DNA of 63,358 nt, counting the filler, from Octopus bimaculoides (taxonomy: Eukaryota): NCBI RefSeq assembly GCF_001194135.2. It is 8 parts of 8 records of this genome, joined end to end, with 100 filler letters (N's around TTAATTAATTAA, not from the genome) between each part and the next. Parts side by side here need not be neighbours in the genome. Positions count along the whole stretch, not along the records: positions 58,707 to 63,358 come from NC_069008.1; 7 more parts are not named here. One strand, given 5' to 3'. Within the stretch, counting starts at the first letter, position 1. Each line of letters opens with the position of its first letter. A model generated the notes under the pieces. The model was not told where the DNA came from. It saw only the letters and a program-made list of their open reading frames with translations, and made no database searches. Positions 62,735-63,358 of the stretch are shown here, in pieces. Both the position numbers and the translations under genes were made by a program.

Positions 62735-63010
62735 CAGTGGTTGGGGCAGCGGACTCGCGATCGGAGGTTCACGGTTTCGATTCCCAGACCGGGCGTCGTG
62801 TGTGTTTATTGAGCTAAAACACCTAAAAGCCTCACGAGATTCCGGCAGAGAGTGGTGGCGACCCCTGTTGTACTCTTTCGCCCCAACTTTCTCTCACTCT
62901 TTCTTCCTGTTTCTTCAGTAACGCTGTGATGGACTGGCGTCCCGTCCAGCTGGTGGGAGGGAACACATACGCCATGGAAACCGGGAAACCGGGCCCATGA
63001 GCCTGTCTAG
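62735..63010 (+). mobile_element. SINE family C with an alternative tail
   Basis: Head and body as 6572-6380, but ends GATGGACTGGCGTCCCGTCCAG...GGCTTTAAAAGGGCGCA(TAA)n. Confidence 0.85.
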
Positions 63011-63358
63011 GCTTTAAAAGGGCGCATAATGAAATAATAATATATATACACATACGTAGGTGTGTATGTATGTATATAATTATGTATGTATGTACGTGTT
63101 TAAACATACACTCGTACAGATATAAACACACGCCCATGGTGAGCAACGTGATAGACGAGCGTGTTACATTTCAAAATGTATAATAATGGAAAATTAATAG
63201 AGTCGAAAGTTAATAGGTTATTGTCTGATTCGATGGAGATGCCTTTACAGTATTATACTTTTTAATACCTCCAAAACCACCATGACCACCACCACCATCG
63301 CTCCCATCACCACCACTGCCACCACCACCACCGCCGCCACTGCCACCACCACCACCAC

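Noticed and set aside
1370-63146. Dozens of ORFs rich in YI, HT, CV, or poly-L/I/F/S/R/N/D/M, and ORFs spanning X runs
   Set aside because: They are translations of (TA)n, (CA)n and triplet microsatellites or N gaps, with no coding signal.

Overview
Repeat-saturated, gap-rich eukaryotic DNA. The SINE families, the (TA)n/(CA)n/(TAA)n microsatellites and the 44N-TTAATTAATTAA-44N gap spacers fit an Octopus draft assembly; the species is my inference. There is no intact long host CDS, rRNA, bona fide tRNA gene or CRISPR array, and nearly all listed ORFs are translated microsatellites or N-runs. Supported content: (i) about 35 tRNA-derived SINE copies built from swappable head, core and tail modules; (ii) a decayed Ty3/Gypsy LTR element (36.1-40.8 kb); (iii) two Penelope-like elements, one fold-back copy with a 13-bp TSD (33.5-35.2 kb) and one AT-rich Naiad/Chlamys-like copy (40.8-45.2 kb), plus terminal remnants with hammerhead-like cores; (iv) R4/Dong-type RLE LINE fragments arranged tail-to-tail, and a ~570-bp (TAA)n-embedded non-autonomous element; (v) RTE and L1/Tx1 fragments; (vi) mariner, Tc1, hAT (8-bp TSD) and HINE/Helentron-type DNA elements; (vii) a 42-bp minisatellite with a 5-unit higher-order period; (viii) a few short candidate + strand exons, the best at 13157-13207, suggesting the window may be intronic DNA of a very large gene. 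I found no convincing wholly new system. The best leads are the Naiad-like element, the (TAA)n-targeted element paired with Dong, and the ribozyme-like termini. Family names are recalled from memory and were not database-verified. SINE boundaries are approximate.
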